A DNA stretch of 64,000 nucleotides from Magallana gigas (taxonomy: Eukaryota): positions 26,474,001 to 26,538,000 of the forward strand of contig NC_088859.1 in assembly GCF_963853765.1 (NCBI RefSeq), in the 5' to 3' direction. Positions 15,401 through 28,559 of this stretch are shown in pieces. The notes below the pieces were generated by a model. It did not search any database, was not told the origin of the DNA, and saw only the letters and a list, made by a program, of their open reading frames with translations. Numbering within the stretch: position 1 is the first letter of the stretch; each line of letters begins with the position of its first letter. Position numbers and translations under genes: made by a program.

Positions 15401-18400
15401 TTCCGAAAACTGTTGAAGCCGAATTCGATGTGTCATGGTCGTTGTTATCGGCCTTTTTGTGTGTAAATAACGGTATCTCCTGATGTTTTTAAGACCTCTG
15501 CCATTTTGATTACTGTCATAATATAAAAGTCTGTAACATGTTTCCTGTCAGAAATAGGTGATATTTTAGTGTTAATAGGTGAGCACTTTGAATATGGATG
15601 AAACTGAATACCGGGAAATCTGCTTGGTACATGTATAATAGATGTCTTCTTCAAGGGCACAGATAAACGGCGTTTTTATTTATATAAATATTATAAAAAA
15701 GTTTCAAAGCTAATATAATCAAACGAAGGTTATTTTCGATGCAGAGAAAGATAAAACTGGTTAAGATTGCATTTTGTTCGAATTTTGATAAAACGTTAAC
15801 ATAGTATTCAAAGAATTTCAAACAATAATTTTATGTAAGGATTCTCTGGTTTCAATGCTAAATGAATTTTTTTTAAAATTATATATTTTATGAATAACTT
15901 ACAAGACATATAATAAGTAGATTACAAGACATATAATAAGTAGATATAATATATTACGAATTATTGCCAACAATTGCCAAAACGTGGCATAAATTGATAC
16001 AGATTTCGACATTCTCGGGAGATTAAATTTCATCAAAGGTTAGCGAGTTCGCATCACCTACACAGTATTACAGAGAACTGATGCTTCAGTTTATCAAAAT
16101 GCTACTGCAGAGATTTTTAATTTTTAATGCAACGATAGTGAAAAACGTTCTGGGTTATCTCGACACTACCTTTGTATAGATATAAAGAGATATCCAGTTA
16201 ATGCAATGATAATCCAGAGTAGATTTGGTGATAAAGATTCCATTTGATTGGGTGTTGTGAAGTCGGCTAATTCATGTTATATATATTCTTTCTCACTGCA
16301 GATGTTGTTTATCAAATCGATGCAGCTTTTTTTTTATGGATTTAGGCTGTTAATACTTTAAGAAGTTGTACATTGAATTTCCAGCAATTCTGCGATCATA
16401 GTTTGATTGCGCAAGAAGGGGCTTCAATTTTGAGATCATTTAGAATTATTTAGAGATGAAATATAAAATAAAAAAAAGATATGAAATATTTTGCTCAGAT
16501 GTTTTTCTCAGAAGGCAGTTTAATGTAAGAAATGTCTCAAGCTGCAAAACCTTTGAATATGTCGATTATTGAAAATGAAGCAATATGAATGTATCATTGT
16601 TTAAATTTGGCACTAATTGTGCAAGGAAAAAATAAGAATAGGCACACCTTATGTTATACATATGTTGCAGGGTTGTTCCGGAGAGTCATAATCCAGAGCG
16701 GGTCCCCCCTTGCACAATGGAGTTACTCGGATAAAGTGACTTCTCCGGACATCCACTTCAAGATCTTTGTCTCTTCCATTGGGTGTCTTCGGAACAGCTC
16801 TAGACTCATCAAAGAATGTCTGCAGAACATACCTACCGAAGTCATGCATAGACAAATTGCGTTTAAATATGTGGTAGGTCGCACAGATATAAATATATAT
16901 TCTTAGACGAGTATTTAAAAAAATATTCTTGTGGCAATTGATGTTGAGCATATTTCCGTTCTGATGAAAATTTCTACAAGATTTGTTTACATACAACCAT
17001 AAATAAACGTTAATGTCGAGTCTTGAGATCAAACATTTTTCCTCTTCGAAAATTCTTAGGCAAACTTATCCTCTAAGCATAACTCATAGGAATTACAGCG
17101 TTTTTCCATATTTAACCCCCCCCCCCTCCCGAGAAATTCATAGCAGACAGAGGTGTTACATGTACATCGCCGGAAATAAACGGCCAATCAATGCCAGACT
17201 GTGTGTTTCGAACGATGACATCATATTTTCTGTAAATCAAATGGCAAGCAATGCAGCAGACTTGTTTTTGAACGATTTGACATTTTGTTAACATATATTT
17301 TTTCTACCACACGCAAAGAATGTCAATATTTATCAAGGTCATAAACAAAACATATACATAATGAGAATCATCCCTTTCTTCCTCAAATGAGATTTTTCTG
17401 AAATGATAGTTATTTTCTAAATCATAAACATGAATTATAATTTAGGAAAAATAGTTTCATTAGATTTTGTCAAGAGCAATCATTCGACAAAAATCGACTT
17501 AAAACTGAAAAAAAAAATACAAAGTAATAATTGCTATTTTGGAATCCAAGTAAGAGTTGTCTCTCTTATACAAAAGATCGATGAACCTTAAAGAGATGTA
17601 TAAAATGTCTCCTTCCTTGTCAATTTCAGACGTCTCCGTCCCTGACGCCGCAGTTCCGCCCGGTGGTGGACGGGTACGTACTTCCGGATACACCGGAGAG
17701 ATTGATACAATCCGGGGCATTCCGAGCGGAGAGCGTGATGACTGGCGCCACGTCAGACGAGGGGCTTATTGCAGGTAGTCAGCTTACAATATCAAGGATT
17801 CATTGTTTAGTTTATCGTAAGTTTTCCATTATTTGCGTTTGCAGTGGGAGGGGGACTCCCTAACAGTCTGATATAAATGTAATGCATATTTTCCAGCAAA
17901 ACCACTGGTGGAATTATTTGGTGGAGAGGAAAAAGGCATCAAACAGTTAATAACACTGATGTATTGTTTCCGCGGAGATTTGCCAAACCTGGCCAATATC
18001 GTGGGTACGCAAAATTTGTTTGGTTTTTTTTTTCAGTTGAAAAGTATTGGTCGTTATTTATGCATCGGATTTAATCCAAGGTTCGACCACAAAACTGAAA
18101 CAAAGTAACTTTTTGATTGAAAGTTTTCTTTCCTCAATGAATTTCTTCGACTGATATATAAAACAAACTAGACTTTCTCTATCAATAAGAGCACGTGAGT
18201 CATTCATATCCTATCACTTTTAAAAATTGTAATATTTGCTCTACTTTTAGACATGGTGATCGATACCTATGCATCACTGCCACTTGAGGAAAAAGAGCAT
18301 TTGGTGGAGGAAATCTTCTCTGACGTAAGCCTGTTTAATTATTCGGAAGTACCAAAGCAGTGTACTGCTTTGGAATCATTTTTATCATGCATCCAGTGAC

Positions 18401-20996
18401 ATTAGCGGTATTCAAAACTGGGAGATCAGTAACACATATCAAAAGTTGAAATAACTCGGATGAGTTTTTGAAAAAAAGACTTAAAAATTAGAAAAAAAAT
18501 CTATATTTACGTCTTATTCAATCTCATGATCAAGCTATCCCAATTTAGATAATCGGTTTTAAAACAAATGAAAAGAAATTCTACAGACATTTTCGATACG
18601 TACACTTAACCGTTAATGACGTCATCGTTTCAGATTGTTGGTGACTACTACATCACAGCGCCCACACATAAACTGGCCCAGATGATGTCATCACGCAGTG
18701 TTCCAGTCTACCTCTATAACTATGAGTACCAGTCCAAATACGCCCAGTGGGAAGGTATACTAGTAGTGATATGCATAATTACTAGAGATTCTCATCATCA
18801 GTTGTATAAATCATTGATATTTATCGTGATTTTGTCAATTTAAACAATAAAATGCTCTCTTTGATGATTCATGCGGGATATGAAGGTGGCAATATTGCAG
18901 AAAAAATAAAAACCCGCGTTAGCGGGTTATGTAAATTTTTGTTCTGCAATGATCGCTACTTTTATAACCCGCGTGAATTTAATTATCAAAGAAAGCATTA
19001 TGTTGTTTATTTTTACATCTTTCTTTTAACAAATTAATAATTTCATTGTAAAAAGTAAGTAAAATTCACTAAATTACTGTAAATGTATATACATCAGTAC
19101 GTTAGCTAAAAGAAACAGCCAAATCGTCTCTCATTGGAATTTAATTCTGGTATCATCATGATTATTTCGTGAAGTCCGTGATTTTTCTTAGGTCGCTGTT
19201 GGTTTCGACCAATCGATAAATGGGGCGTGTAGATTTCAGTCCTGTCAGTTTTTACAACTGTTCTATAGAGCTATGAATTAACTTTAAGTTCCGTAAGAAA
19301 TAGAGGGAATCATACTCGGTAAATGTAAATATGTATTTATCATAACTTCCAGCTAGCGTTTATGTATAAAGATGCAACAGTTTTCAAAACTGTTTAAATA
19401 TAAAGCAACACATGTGCATTGCGATCTTTGAGTGTCCATATAAGGACTAAATATACTCAATGTTTGCGCTAGATATTGTATTAATTAGCAAATAGAATCC
19501 CTTGAACGTAAACAAAATTGTCTAGGTGTAAAGTGATAATTATCTCATACCAACATGCAATATTTTATTAAGAGCAAATTACAAATTCTAGGCTGGCCGC
19601 AACAGACGTTTTTAAAAGTAGAATTACCACGTGTGTAAGTCGACAAACCATTCACAATTATACACGCTCCAATTTACTTCCTTTTTCAGGAGTCACCCAC
19701 GGATCTGAAATCTTCTACCTCTCAGGATTCCCCATGTCCGGTCACTCAAATTTTAGATACGATGATACCGACAAGAAAATGGCCACATTGCTCATTCATA
19801 TGTGGGCAAACTTTGTGTATAATGGGTAAGAACAAACACAAACAAACAAACAAAAAAGAAATATCGTTTATCATGAAAAAAACCATAAAAAGTAAATTCA
19901 ATACGATATAGTACTCTGTGTTTGAAAGGCGGTATGACTAATGTTATCATACTCCTCGTCAGGTTGTATTTCATTTCCAGGATTAAGCTCAGAGATATTA
20001 AATATATCAATCCTGGTCCTTTTCTCTTCAGATATTTTTTTTTAATTTCCCGTGATGTGTGTATGTGTGGGCAGGGGGTCTCAAAAGTAATGTGATAGTA
20101 TTTATTTTTGCACTTCCCTTTTCTGTCTTTTGACAAGCAGCTTTATACCGTAATATTGGAATTTTTGGTACGCAACTAGCATAATCTCATCCTTTTATTG
20201 TAAGGGTGAAGCATTTCAAACACGGTTTAAATTTCAATTGCATCACTTAATCCTGAAACTACGCAAGAAGATGTTCGTATCCTTTTTAATAATATATTTA
20301 ATATTTTTAATATAAAGTGCGTAAAAGTTGTAAAATTGTAAAATGTGTGAAATAGAGTATTTTTATTATTCGTGTGAGAAAAAACAATTTATATTTTCTC
20401 CGTATTTGACCATCATACCACGCAGACAGCTGTCAGTGAATAACTTTATCAAATTTTTACCGGATTTTTGCATAAAGCCACCATTAGACTTTGTAAAGAA
20501 ATTGAGTAACACAGAATTCTCATTTGTTGCTAATCTTGTATTTATTTATTTGTTTATTTTGGGTTTTTTAAATTGCAGACTTCCATCATTGGTTCCTCAC
20601 AGACAATTCCATATGGATCGATACAGTGTTAACAATCCCGTATACACTAAAATCTATCAGGGAATAAACCGACCCTTTGTTGAACTGTCCACAAATTACA
20701 AAACTCGAAAACTGGACTTCTGGAACTACAAAATCCCAATGTATTCTGGGAAATTAGATTCTGGTGACGTCATACAAAGTCCAGTGCAAAGGACACACAC
20801 AGTGACCGGCCCCGATCATTGGGCATTAATCGCCACTTCTATTGGACTTGCGGGCCTCGCAATGTTTTTAGCGGTTGGATATTGTAAAACTAAAATTCAA
20901 CTACAAAATCTTCACCGCCAACATGGCGTTTGCATAGCCGGGGAAATCTCCAGTAAAGACATTAAGAAGTCCAAGTATTTCAAAACTAACGTTTGA
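702..20996 (+). CDS. Type-B carboxylesterase/cholinesterase-family, neuroligin-like type I membrane protein (~637 aa, 11 coding exons)
   Basis: Exons 702-914, 5788-5949, 13040-13187, 13314-13499, 16671-16873, 17630-17774, 17897-18004, 18251-18324, 18634-18754, 19690-19825, 20579-20996. All introns are GT-AG with consistent phases; total 1914 nt. Motifs: signal peptide, YGRVRG, FLGVPYASPP, SEDCLYLNIY, FVHGGSY, VTINYRLGPLGFL, NYGMMD, GDPNQVTLMGHSAGG, QSG, PVVDG, DEG, HGSE, WANF. C-terminal TM helix (WALIATSIGLAGLAMFLAVGYC) and tail ending KTNV. Confidence 0.9.
3011..3060. repeat. (CT)n microsatellite
   Basis: Directly visible. Confidence 0.95.
3564..3695. other. Assembly gap (132 N)
   Basis: Run of N. 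Confidence 1.
8947..8992. repeat. (CT)n microsatellite
   Basis: Directly visible. Confidence 0.95.
10084..10213 (+). repeat. Short direct duplication (~54 bp, period 75)
   Basis: CAATTTCCTATCATTCAATTTT..ATCTATCTTT at 10084 and 10159. Confidence 0.8.
11431..11748 (+). repeat. Tandem duplication, 2 x 159 bp
   Basis: The unit starting AAAACATAAGACTTAAACCCGC occurs at 11431 and 11590 with few substitutions. Confidence 0.9.
11832..11935 (+). repeat. (AATGT)n/(TAATGTAATGTG)n minisatellite
   Basis: Directly visible. Confidence 0.85.
12447..12490. repeat. (GA)n microsatellite
   Basis: Directly visible. Confidence 0.95.
13668..13934. other. Assembly gap (267 N) next to a (GTT/GCT)n tract
   Basis: Run of N preceded by a trinucleotide repeat at ~13615-13660. 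Confidence 1.
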
Positions 20997-21516
20997 GTGA
21001 CGTCAACTCCATAATGTTTGGAAACAACACACATGAAAATGATTCTGATCTTTATTATATTGATACACACGAATTTAACATCTATTTTCTGCATTCGCTT
21101 TTTAATAAAAGACAAAATCCAAAATTGCTGTGTTTTTATTGATTGTAGAATTATACAACGTGAAAGAAAATTAAATGACTTCTTCCCTAAAAATGTAAAA
21201 ATATCTTATAATTGAACTTTCAACAAATTTGTCTCATATTTCTCATATATCTGAAAATACACCAAAACACGAAACGATTGTTCAATGATGGTACGTGGTC
21301 TGGTGTTACTTGTTATTTCATCTTTTCACACATTACAGTAAGTCTTTAGATATTAAAAAAATATATATATTGACCAAATCGTGGGCGAAATTTTCACGGA
21401 TTTTTAGAGCAATGACAAATTATATATGTACTTTGTGTGAGAATGAAAAACCTTTTATCACGTACAGGATCAATTTCTCCACCATCAAAACGGTAAGAAA
21501 ATCTAGAAGCTATCAC

Positions 21517-24436
21517 CTATCCATGAATAGCATTTCCATTAATACTGAGTCTATGCACTGACACAAAATGGTCGTAGCCGCTTTCTATAATAACTCTCAG
21601 GTGATTGGCTCTTTTATTATTTAATGGAAATTCTTCTTGTTGGAGAGTATTGTCTGTAGCATCAAATTCTAAAAATGAAAAAAAAAATATCCAAAAACTC
21701 TTTACAAAATTACTAAAGTATGGAATTTTCCAAAACCTTAAGGGGCCGGGTGGTTAAAATCTACGCATCAGACATGTCTTCAACTTTTTAAAAAATATGA
21801 TATTTTTGGCTGTAAATTATTATTAAGGAAGGAAAAATTCAAATATTTTGGCTTTAAAATTTGAATATTTTTCGATATCATTATACAAAGCTCTTTGTCT
21901 ATTGGAGGTTGATTTAGCCTACAAATGGCCAGGACCATTTTGCCTTCCTAAAAGAGCTGTACCTCTTTTAATTCTGAAGATTTTGCTATCAAAGAAGTGA
22001 AATGTCCATTATGAAATTGTTTGTGATTGTTGCTTGCACATGTAAGTACATGTAGCATGAAGAATTGCTTTTAATCATTTAGCAAAGACTCTGTGATTAG
22101 TTTTATTAAAACATTTTAAAGATAAGGAAATTTAAAAGCAGATTCATTGCAGTGTACCAAATGTCAAACTGAAGAAAAAGATCCTTCATTTCTGTCAAAA
22201 TTGACTGATATGTTGAATAAAACAGTGTTTTATAGTGCTTTTTATCTTCATGAAAATCTCTTGTGGGGTATTTTTAAACAGTTTTGAAATGTTTAAAATA
22301 TCAGAATTAAGTCCACCAAATTTAGTCACTTTATGGAAAATGCACTCAAAATTATATGATTACACTATTAAATTTTCAAAATATTTTAAACACTGATTGC
22401 AAAGCTTTAAAGATTTTTTGCATGAAATATGAAATGTACCAACCTTTGTCTAACAGATCTTCAAAATTTAATGGCTCATTTTCTTTGCTAGTTTGAAACG
22501 ATAATTTCTTCACTGAAAAAAAAACATGACTACACAGATAAAAAGTTTTGTATTCTGAGTAATTCCCAATTGCAGCAGTGTTGGGGGTCATTTCTATGAC
22601 AATTTATTTAAAATTGTGCATCTGGGGCTAAAACATATCTGCTAAAATAAAATATCTTTACAGTATAAACTTAAAAATTAAGAGGCTTTGACATAATTAT
22701 ATGTATATGCATATATCAGTGTTTTCTAAATTACACTGGCCAGTACTTTAATTTCATATTTAAATTAGTCAAATACTTAATTAATAGGAGTATGTTGACC
22801 TTCAGAAGGGAGGTGATTATTGTCAGTTAAAACATTTATATATATACAAAAAAGTATTTATTTCTTGCAATTCTTATGAAAGAAGCAGAAAAGATTATAG
22901 TGATACATGATGTGAATTTATACACCAGTAAAGGAGTCAATATTGAGGAAGTACATTATTTACAAAATAACCTGTACATACCATTAAAACATGCAATTTC
23001 AATTCGCTGTATACTCATCATGGAGGAAAATGTAACAATGAATTCTTGTGGAAACAGACCAGTTGATGCCCAAAATGTCTCCTGATCCCTAAAAATAAAA
23101 GCAAATTGTTATGTTAAACACAAAAAAAGATATAAAAAAAGCTATTAGATTACGAACATTATATAAAGAGCAGGGTACGTGTGTGGGATTACTTGTTCCA
23201 AGTACCAAATTACATTCGGTGAGCTACAACATCGAGGTAATGCTACCATAAACTCCAAAATCTTAATTAAATCCGCCAGGCTGCCACAAAATCTTTTGTC
23301 CCAAAGATTCAAATCAATGGTAGAAAGTTATAAAATGCAAGTAATAATACCATGATTCAAACTTTGGCTAGTAAGCCCCCTAAACTATAGACAGGTGCCT
23401 CATCATTTGAGACAGCTGGTATTCTACCAACTGAGACATCTGAACTACTGTAAATTCATTATTTTAATGTGAGGTCTTAATTCCACGATTCCACTGTTTT
23501 GTATCAAATCATGAGAATATAAAATTGAGAGTACCAGTTTTTTGGTTATAATTTCATATAATTCAAAACTGTCTGAAAAATTTAGCCAGGTTAAAAAATC
23601 TGCAATTGTTGCTTCTCACAATTTTATGTGGATATTATTTCCTTGCATTTAATAAGGAATCCCCAGTATATGTTCACCAACAAACAAACCTGCTTGATAG
23701 CCACTTTAAAGCTCAGGGCTGTTATTCCATTGTCCCTAACATTCAATTACATGGCTTGAATGGTCTTGCAGAAATGTTAACCTTTTAAGTAACAGATCTA
23801 AAGACTGTTTATCATTCCAAATGTAATAGTAAGGGAGAAAAGGACAAAAATACTTAAACTTTAGACAGGTGCTCTATCAAACCATTTGCATGACAACTGC
23901 ATACATGCATGGTAAAAGAAATATATATCCTAGTAAACAAATGTACCAAGGCCAACTGACACACACTGATCAAGATATCCTGGCCAATATCATATCTAAA
24001 TCAAAGATTCTAAATTGTTAACTATTTTCTAAATTTAACAAACATATGCTATACGCTATATTAAGTAAACTTTGAGGATTGACCCTCACAAAATTTAAAC
24101 GTTCTGTATGCCCATGCAAGACTTCCACAAACTTATCTTCTTTTCAAATACAATAGTTTGTAATTAGCCGAAAATGTCAATCAAGGCGATAAGTTTGAAT
24201 AAGCCATTCAGTAAATAAAAACTTCGTTTAAATGAAATAATGTGCATAATTCTTTGTACCAAAAGTTGAAACATTTATTATACAATAGACGTTATTCCAT
24301 TGATTTACTGAATAAGAAACAATATGTTTATTATTAAACCATACCCATCGATGATATTTTCAGGTGGATGATTACCATCACTAGAAGTAGCAAGAACAAC
24401 CTGGGCACCGGCGCTTTTCAGAGCAACATCAAACAT
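21517..24436 (-). CDS. IFT25: Intraflagellar transport protein 25 / HSPB11 homolog (139 aa, 4 coding exons)
   Basis: Minus-strand exons 24436-24345, 23088-22982, 22512-22444, 21668-21517 (420 nt, phases consistent). Translation MFDVALKSAGAQVVLATSSDGNHPPENIIDGDQETFWASTGLFPQEFIV...ESGYDHFVSVHRLSING matches human HSPB11 as recalled (LATSSDEKHPPENIIDG, TFWTTTGMFPQEF, DHFASVH). Confidence 0.93.
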
Positions 24437-24964
24437 TTTTGAAGAATTTCTTGGCGTTGATGGCAACAAAATATTTAATCAACGTTATTTGGACGCTTAA
24501 AATATTATGAATAGTAGAAACAAAAACCGTAAGTTTTTTCCGTTATAAATTATATGATATAAAATTATTAAATCCACATCATCTATTTCATATATATTTT
24601 TCACAAATATTACATTATTTTTATTTTCAATATTTTTAACGAAAATTACTTTAACAATTAAATTTTCGACTTGCTGTGTATGATATTCCGGCTATATAAT
24701 ATTCTATCGTAAAGTGTTTTTTTTTATAAAACCATTTGGCGCCATATTTCAATCCACTGGGTGTTGATTGTTTGTAGCAATCTCAGATCAATGGTTCAGA
24801 GGCCCTTTTAGGTAAATCACTGCGAATTATTAAAATAATAGCGAGATTGGCTTTCGATTTTTTAATTTATGTTTCGTTTCAATCACAATATCTCATTATG
24901 TATTCAAAGCTTTATAAGGATGGATAACACTAAGGATGTCATCGATTGATTTCAATTAATTAGT
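24437..24964. promoter_or_regulatory. Putative bidirectional promoter / 5'UTR region between IFT25 and LRRC42
   Basis: Divergent ATGs are 528 bp apart. YY1-like CGCCATATT at 24740-24748. A possible LRRC42 5'UTR intron runs from a donor near 24812 to the AG at 24962-24963 just before the ATG. Confidence 0.6.
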
Positions 24965-27900
24965 ATGGAAAGACCAACAAAGATCAGAAAAACAAAGAAC
25001 ACAGATGAACACAGTTGGGAGGTTAGATCACCAGTATCGCTGTATCATCGATGCATTCAATATATTGCTCAAAATCTACACATGGTGGACAGTTTTTACG
25101 GGTTTCCTGACTTGGTGGCAGCTGATATTTTTAAGGAATCAGAGAAGTGCAAGAAATTTGAGATCACTTCAGCAGAAAACGATTCTCTCAAAAACCTTCA
25201 ATTGTTTTGTGAAATTTATCCAGACAGCGTGCTGTCCAGCCTAAATCTATCGGCCTCCTGTCGAGCGTTGAACTACTGGCTGGAACACTTTCTGGTTTTT
25301 TCTGGACTACAATCACTAGATGTGTCTGATTGTTTCCTTGGAGACGAGCATGAAATCTTATCCCATATTGCACATTTAAAACTGTAAGGAGCTTAAAGCA
25401 GAATTTGCTACTTAAAGCGTGTATGAATGGCATAATTTGATATCGGTATCTGTGAAATGTTAAACTAATTACAGCAATTTTGGTATATCAATGGCATAAT
25501 AGTTCTATTTTGATATCTGTGTCTGTGAAATGTTAAATTAATGAGAGCAATTTTGGTAAAATAAGGAAAAAGTAAGCTAAATGTAGAAAATATTTTGTTT
25601 TTTCATGTTTTGAATGATCTTCTTTTTATTGCAGCTTAAAAAGCTTAAACCTTAGGAAAAACTGTCTGACGGATAAAGGGGTTTCTAGATTTTGTGCACC
25701 ATTTAAACTATTTAGAAGAGGACCAGAACATTTAACAGTTCTAGATGTGTCAGGTATTACATTGTACTTTTATAATGTTATAATACCTATGTTAGGCCAT
25801 GTATTAAAATATTTGTAAGTCATCTTAAAATACATAACCAATCTCAGACTCTATTCGATGCATGTTTACAAGTCTAAGAATCATTTTTCAATTTCTCTTG
25901 AAACAACTCTAAATGATAATAAGGGACCAGATCTGGGGGGGGGGGGGGGGGCTCTGTTTGTCTGCCATCATTTCAACCAGAGTGCTTTCAGTAAAGAGTA
26001 TATGAAGTGGCTTGAACCAAGTTCGCGGTCAAAGGTTGAGGTTGCTGCAGACCTTTGAGGAAATTTTTTTTAAAATATATTCCATTCACTACATTCCCAG
26101 AATGCTTTTGTCTAAAGAATATGCAATGTCCTTGAACAAAGTTTCGAAGTAAAAAAATAAGTTCATTTTAGCCATCTTTGAAAAATTCGTGTTTATACCA
26201 TTTGCATTATATGTTTTCTCCCTTTATCTGGCTCTTACTCCACATAAAAGAATGCTTGTGAGTAAAGAATGTGAAATGACCTTAAATTAAGTTTGTAGGT
26301 CAAAGGTAAAGGTCATAACAGATGTTCTTAAAATCAACATCTTGACCAAAATTTCTCTTCTCTTGGCAAAATCTTGCCCATACTTTACAAAAGATTGCCT
26401 GTAGGTAAGGAATGTGAAGTGACCAAGATATAAGTCAAGGTCATAACAGACATTTGCCAAAATTCAGGTAAGGAATGTGAAGTGACCAAGATATAAGTCA
26501 AGGTCATAACAGACATTTGCCAAAATTCAAATTGTCTAAACAATATTCTTCTCTCTACTTGGCCAAATTATGCCCTGCCCCAGTCTTTACCTAAAGAGTA
26601 AAAACTGGCAGTAACCTTCAATTAGGTTTTCCTATTTTGACCTTATTATTTCTTCCAATGGCCTTACCTGTCTTGCACTACATTCATAGTGTACTTGTTG
26701 AATAAAGAAAATTTTAAATTTAAATTTATTTCAATGTCAGAGGTTAAGGCCAAAGCAAAGTCCTCTAAATCGATTGCTTTTCAACCAAATGTTCTTTATT
26801 AAAACAGAGTTTATTGAGATGTGGTAACCATATACTTATACATTTTCCAGTGTCTTTTTCTGTGATAACACTACAAATCAACTTTGTAATGTATAGTCCA
26901 ATACATTTCATCTATGACTATTTTAATATCTAATCGTACTACTGCTGAAAATTATATAAATATACTGGTAAGTAAAAAGAAATCATTCTTTGAATATCAT
27001 AAGGTCAAATCGGTCGTGAATCATCAAATCTATCATAAAGCCCTTCAAGCTATATTGGATTTGATCAATCCTGACTGTATTTGAATACCTCATAATACTC
27101 CAAGAATGATTTCTTATTCCTTAATATTAAAATCGATGATGACTAGTTTCAGTAAATGTAGTGTTTAATAGGTAAAACTGCAGTAAATTTCATTGTGTTT
27201 CGATAATCCAAGTGTGCTTAGCGTTGCATTTTCATTTCTTTCTTATAAAACAGAAAATGGATGCATATCAAATAGAGGAATCAAAATGCTACAGTGCTTC
27301 AAAGATTTACAAAAAGTAGATATTACTGGAACCAGTGTTAAGGTAAATTCTTGTACAGAATTGTTTTTCCAGAACTTATCAAATAGAAATAAATTCATTA
27401 AGAATTGCAATGTTTGCAGCAAGTGTCAACAGAATATCAATTGTTGTTTCATCTGTGTAAGCTTCCGCTATTTTCATGTGAACTCCAAAATAAAGTTAAG
27501 GATTTTTGATATCATATTTAACCTTGTACCTGTATAAATTTTAATGGTATAATTGCAATATATGCACAAGGTAGCTAATTGAAAGTATATTGAAATAAGA
27601 AAAGTCAACCAAATGGAAGCAAATGGTGGCCATCCGTTTTGGACATATTTACCTGAATGAAAGTACTGTAAAGAAATGAATTGAATTTTAATCTTTTTCA
27701 GGTTAAAGAAATATCCAATGATTGGAAAGTCCTTCCAGAGAAGGGAGAGGGCTTAATGTCTATAAAAAATGAAGGATGGGCCTCCCATGTAGTCTGCAAG
27801 TGGATGGAATTGGCAACTCGGACACGTGACAAGGATGAACACAAAACGTCAAAGTTTTGTATGTTTTTAAACTATACGTAGTAGTAGTACATGTATCACA

Positions 27901-28280
27901 AAATAGAAAGATTTAACAATCTTAATTTTCATAGGATAATTCTGCTATATTATTAAAAATATATAGCCCTCTCACAATCCTATTTATATAAATTTTTTTG
28001 GGGGAGGGGGGGGATAACCTAAAATCGAAGAAAGCTACGTTTCAGCCTTTATTTCATAAATAATACGTTTACTTTTTACTTTGTAGATGCAATAAAGAAA
28101 CGAATCAAAAGCCGAATCAGCGTACAGAATGTGAGCAAAGTGTCATTTGTTCCACAATACAGACTGGTGCTTCATCGAATTCATCATCTGAAGAAAGTGA
28201 CAGCACCTTGTGTCAAAATTCCCACACTGACTGAACAAGATAATAATATGGATGCAATAATGAACTTATACAAACCTTAA
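24965..28280 (+). CDS. LRRC42: Leucine-rich repeat-containing protein 42 homolog (~325 aa, 5 coding exons)
   Basis: Exons 24965-25383, 25635-25753, 27254-27342, 27702-27858, 28087-28280 (978 nt). Motifs matching human LRRC42 as recalled: VDSFYGFPD, LDVSDCFLGDEHEILSHI, LNLRKNCLTDKGV, LTVLDVS, VDITGT, KNEGWASHVVCKW. Confidence 0.88.
25920..26760 (+). repeat. Degenerate satellite-like array in LRRC42 intron 2, including a perfect 63-bp tandem duplication
   Basis: Recurrent GACCTT..AAGGTCA/GAACCAAGTT motifs. 26403-26465 is identical to 26466-26528. Confidence 0.55.
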
Positions 28281-28559
28281 TTCTTGATACACTGTACTAC
28301 AAAACAGTTGTCAGAATAAGGAGTAATGCCTATTGTCAGATATTATACAATATACATGTAGATTCATGACCACACAGGTTGACCATAAATTCTAATTACA
28401 TTTGCAAATGTTCCTGGGATATACATGTACATGTACCTACTGAAGAGCAGAAATGTTACATTTCTTTGTGGACTTTTTAATGGGTCATGTTCTTATTTAC
28501 ATGTATGATGTCATGTCATCACTCAAACTTTTCAAAGTTATGCTTTGACTGTTGTATTA

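Noticed and set aside
22110-22170. Candidate extra IFT25 exon containing LVH
   Set aside because: It has a stop in the required phase, and exon 3 joins cleanly to 21668 without it.
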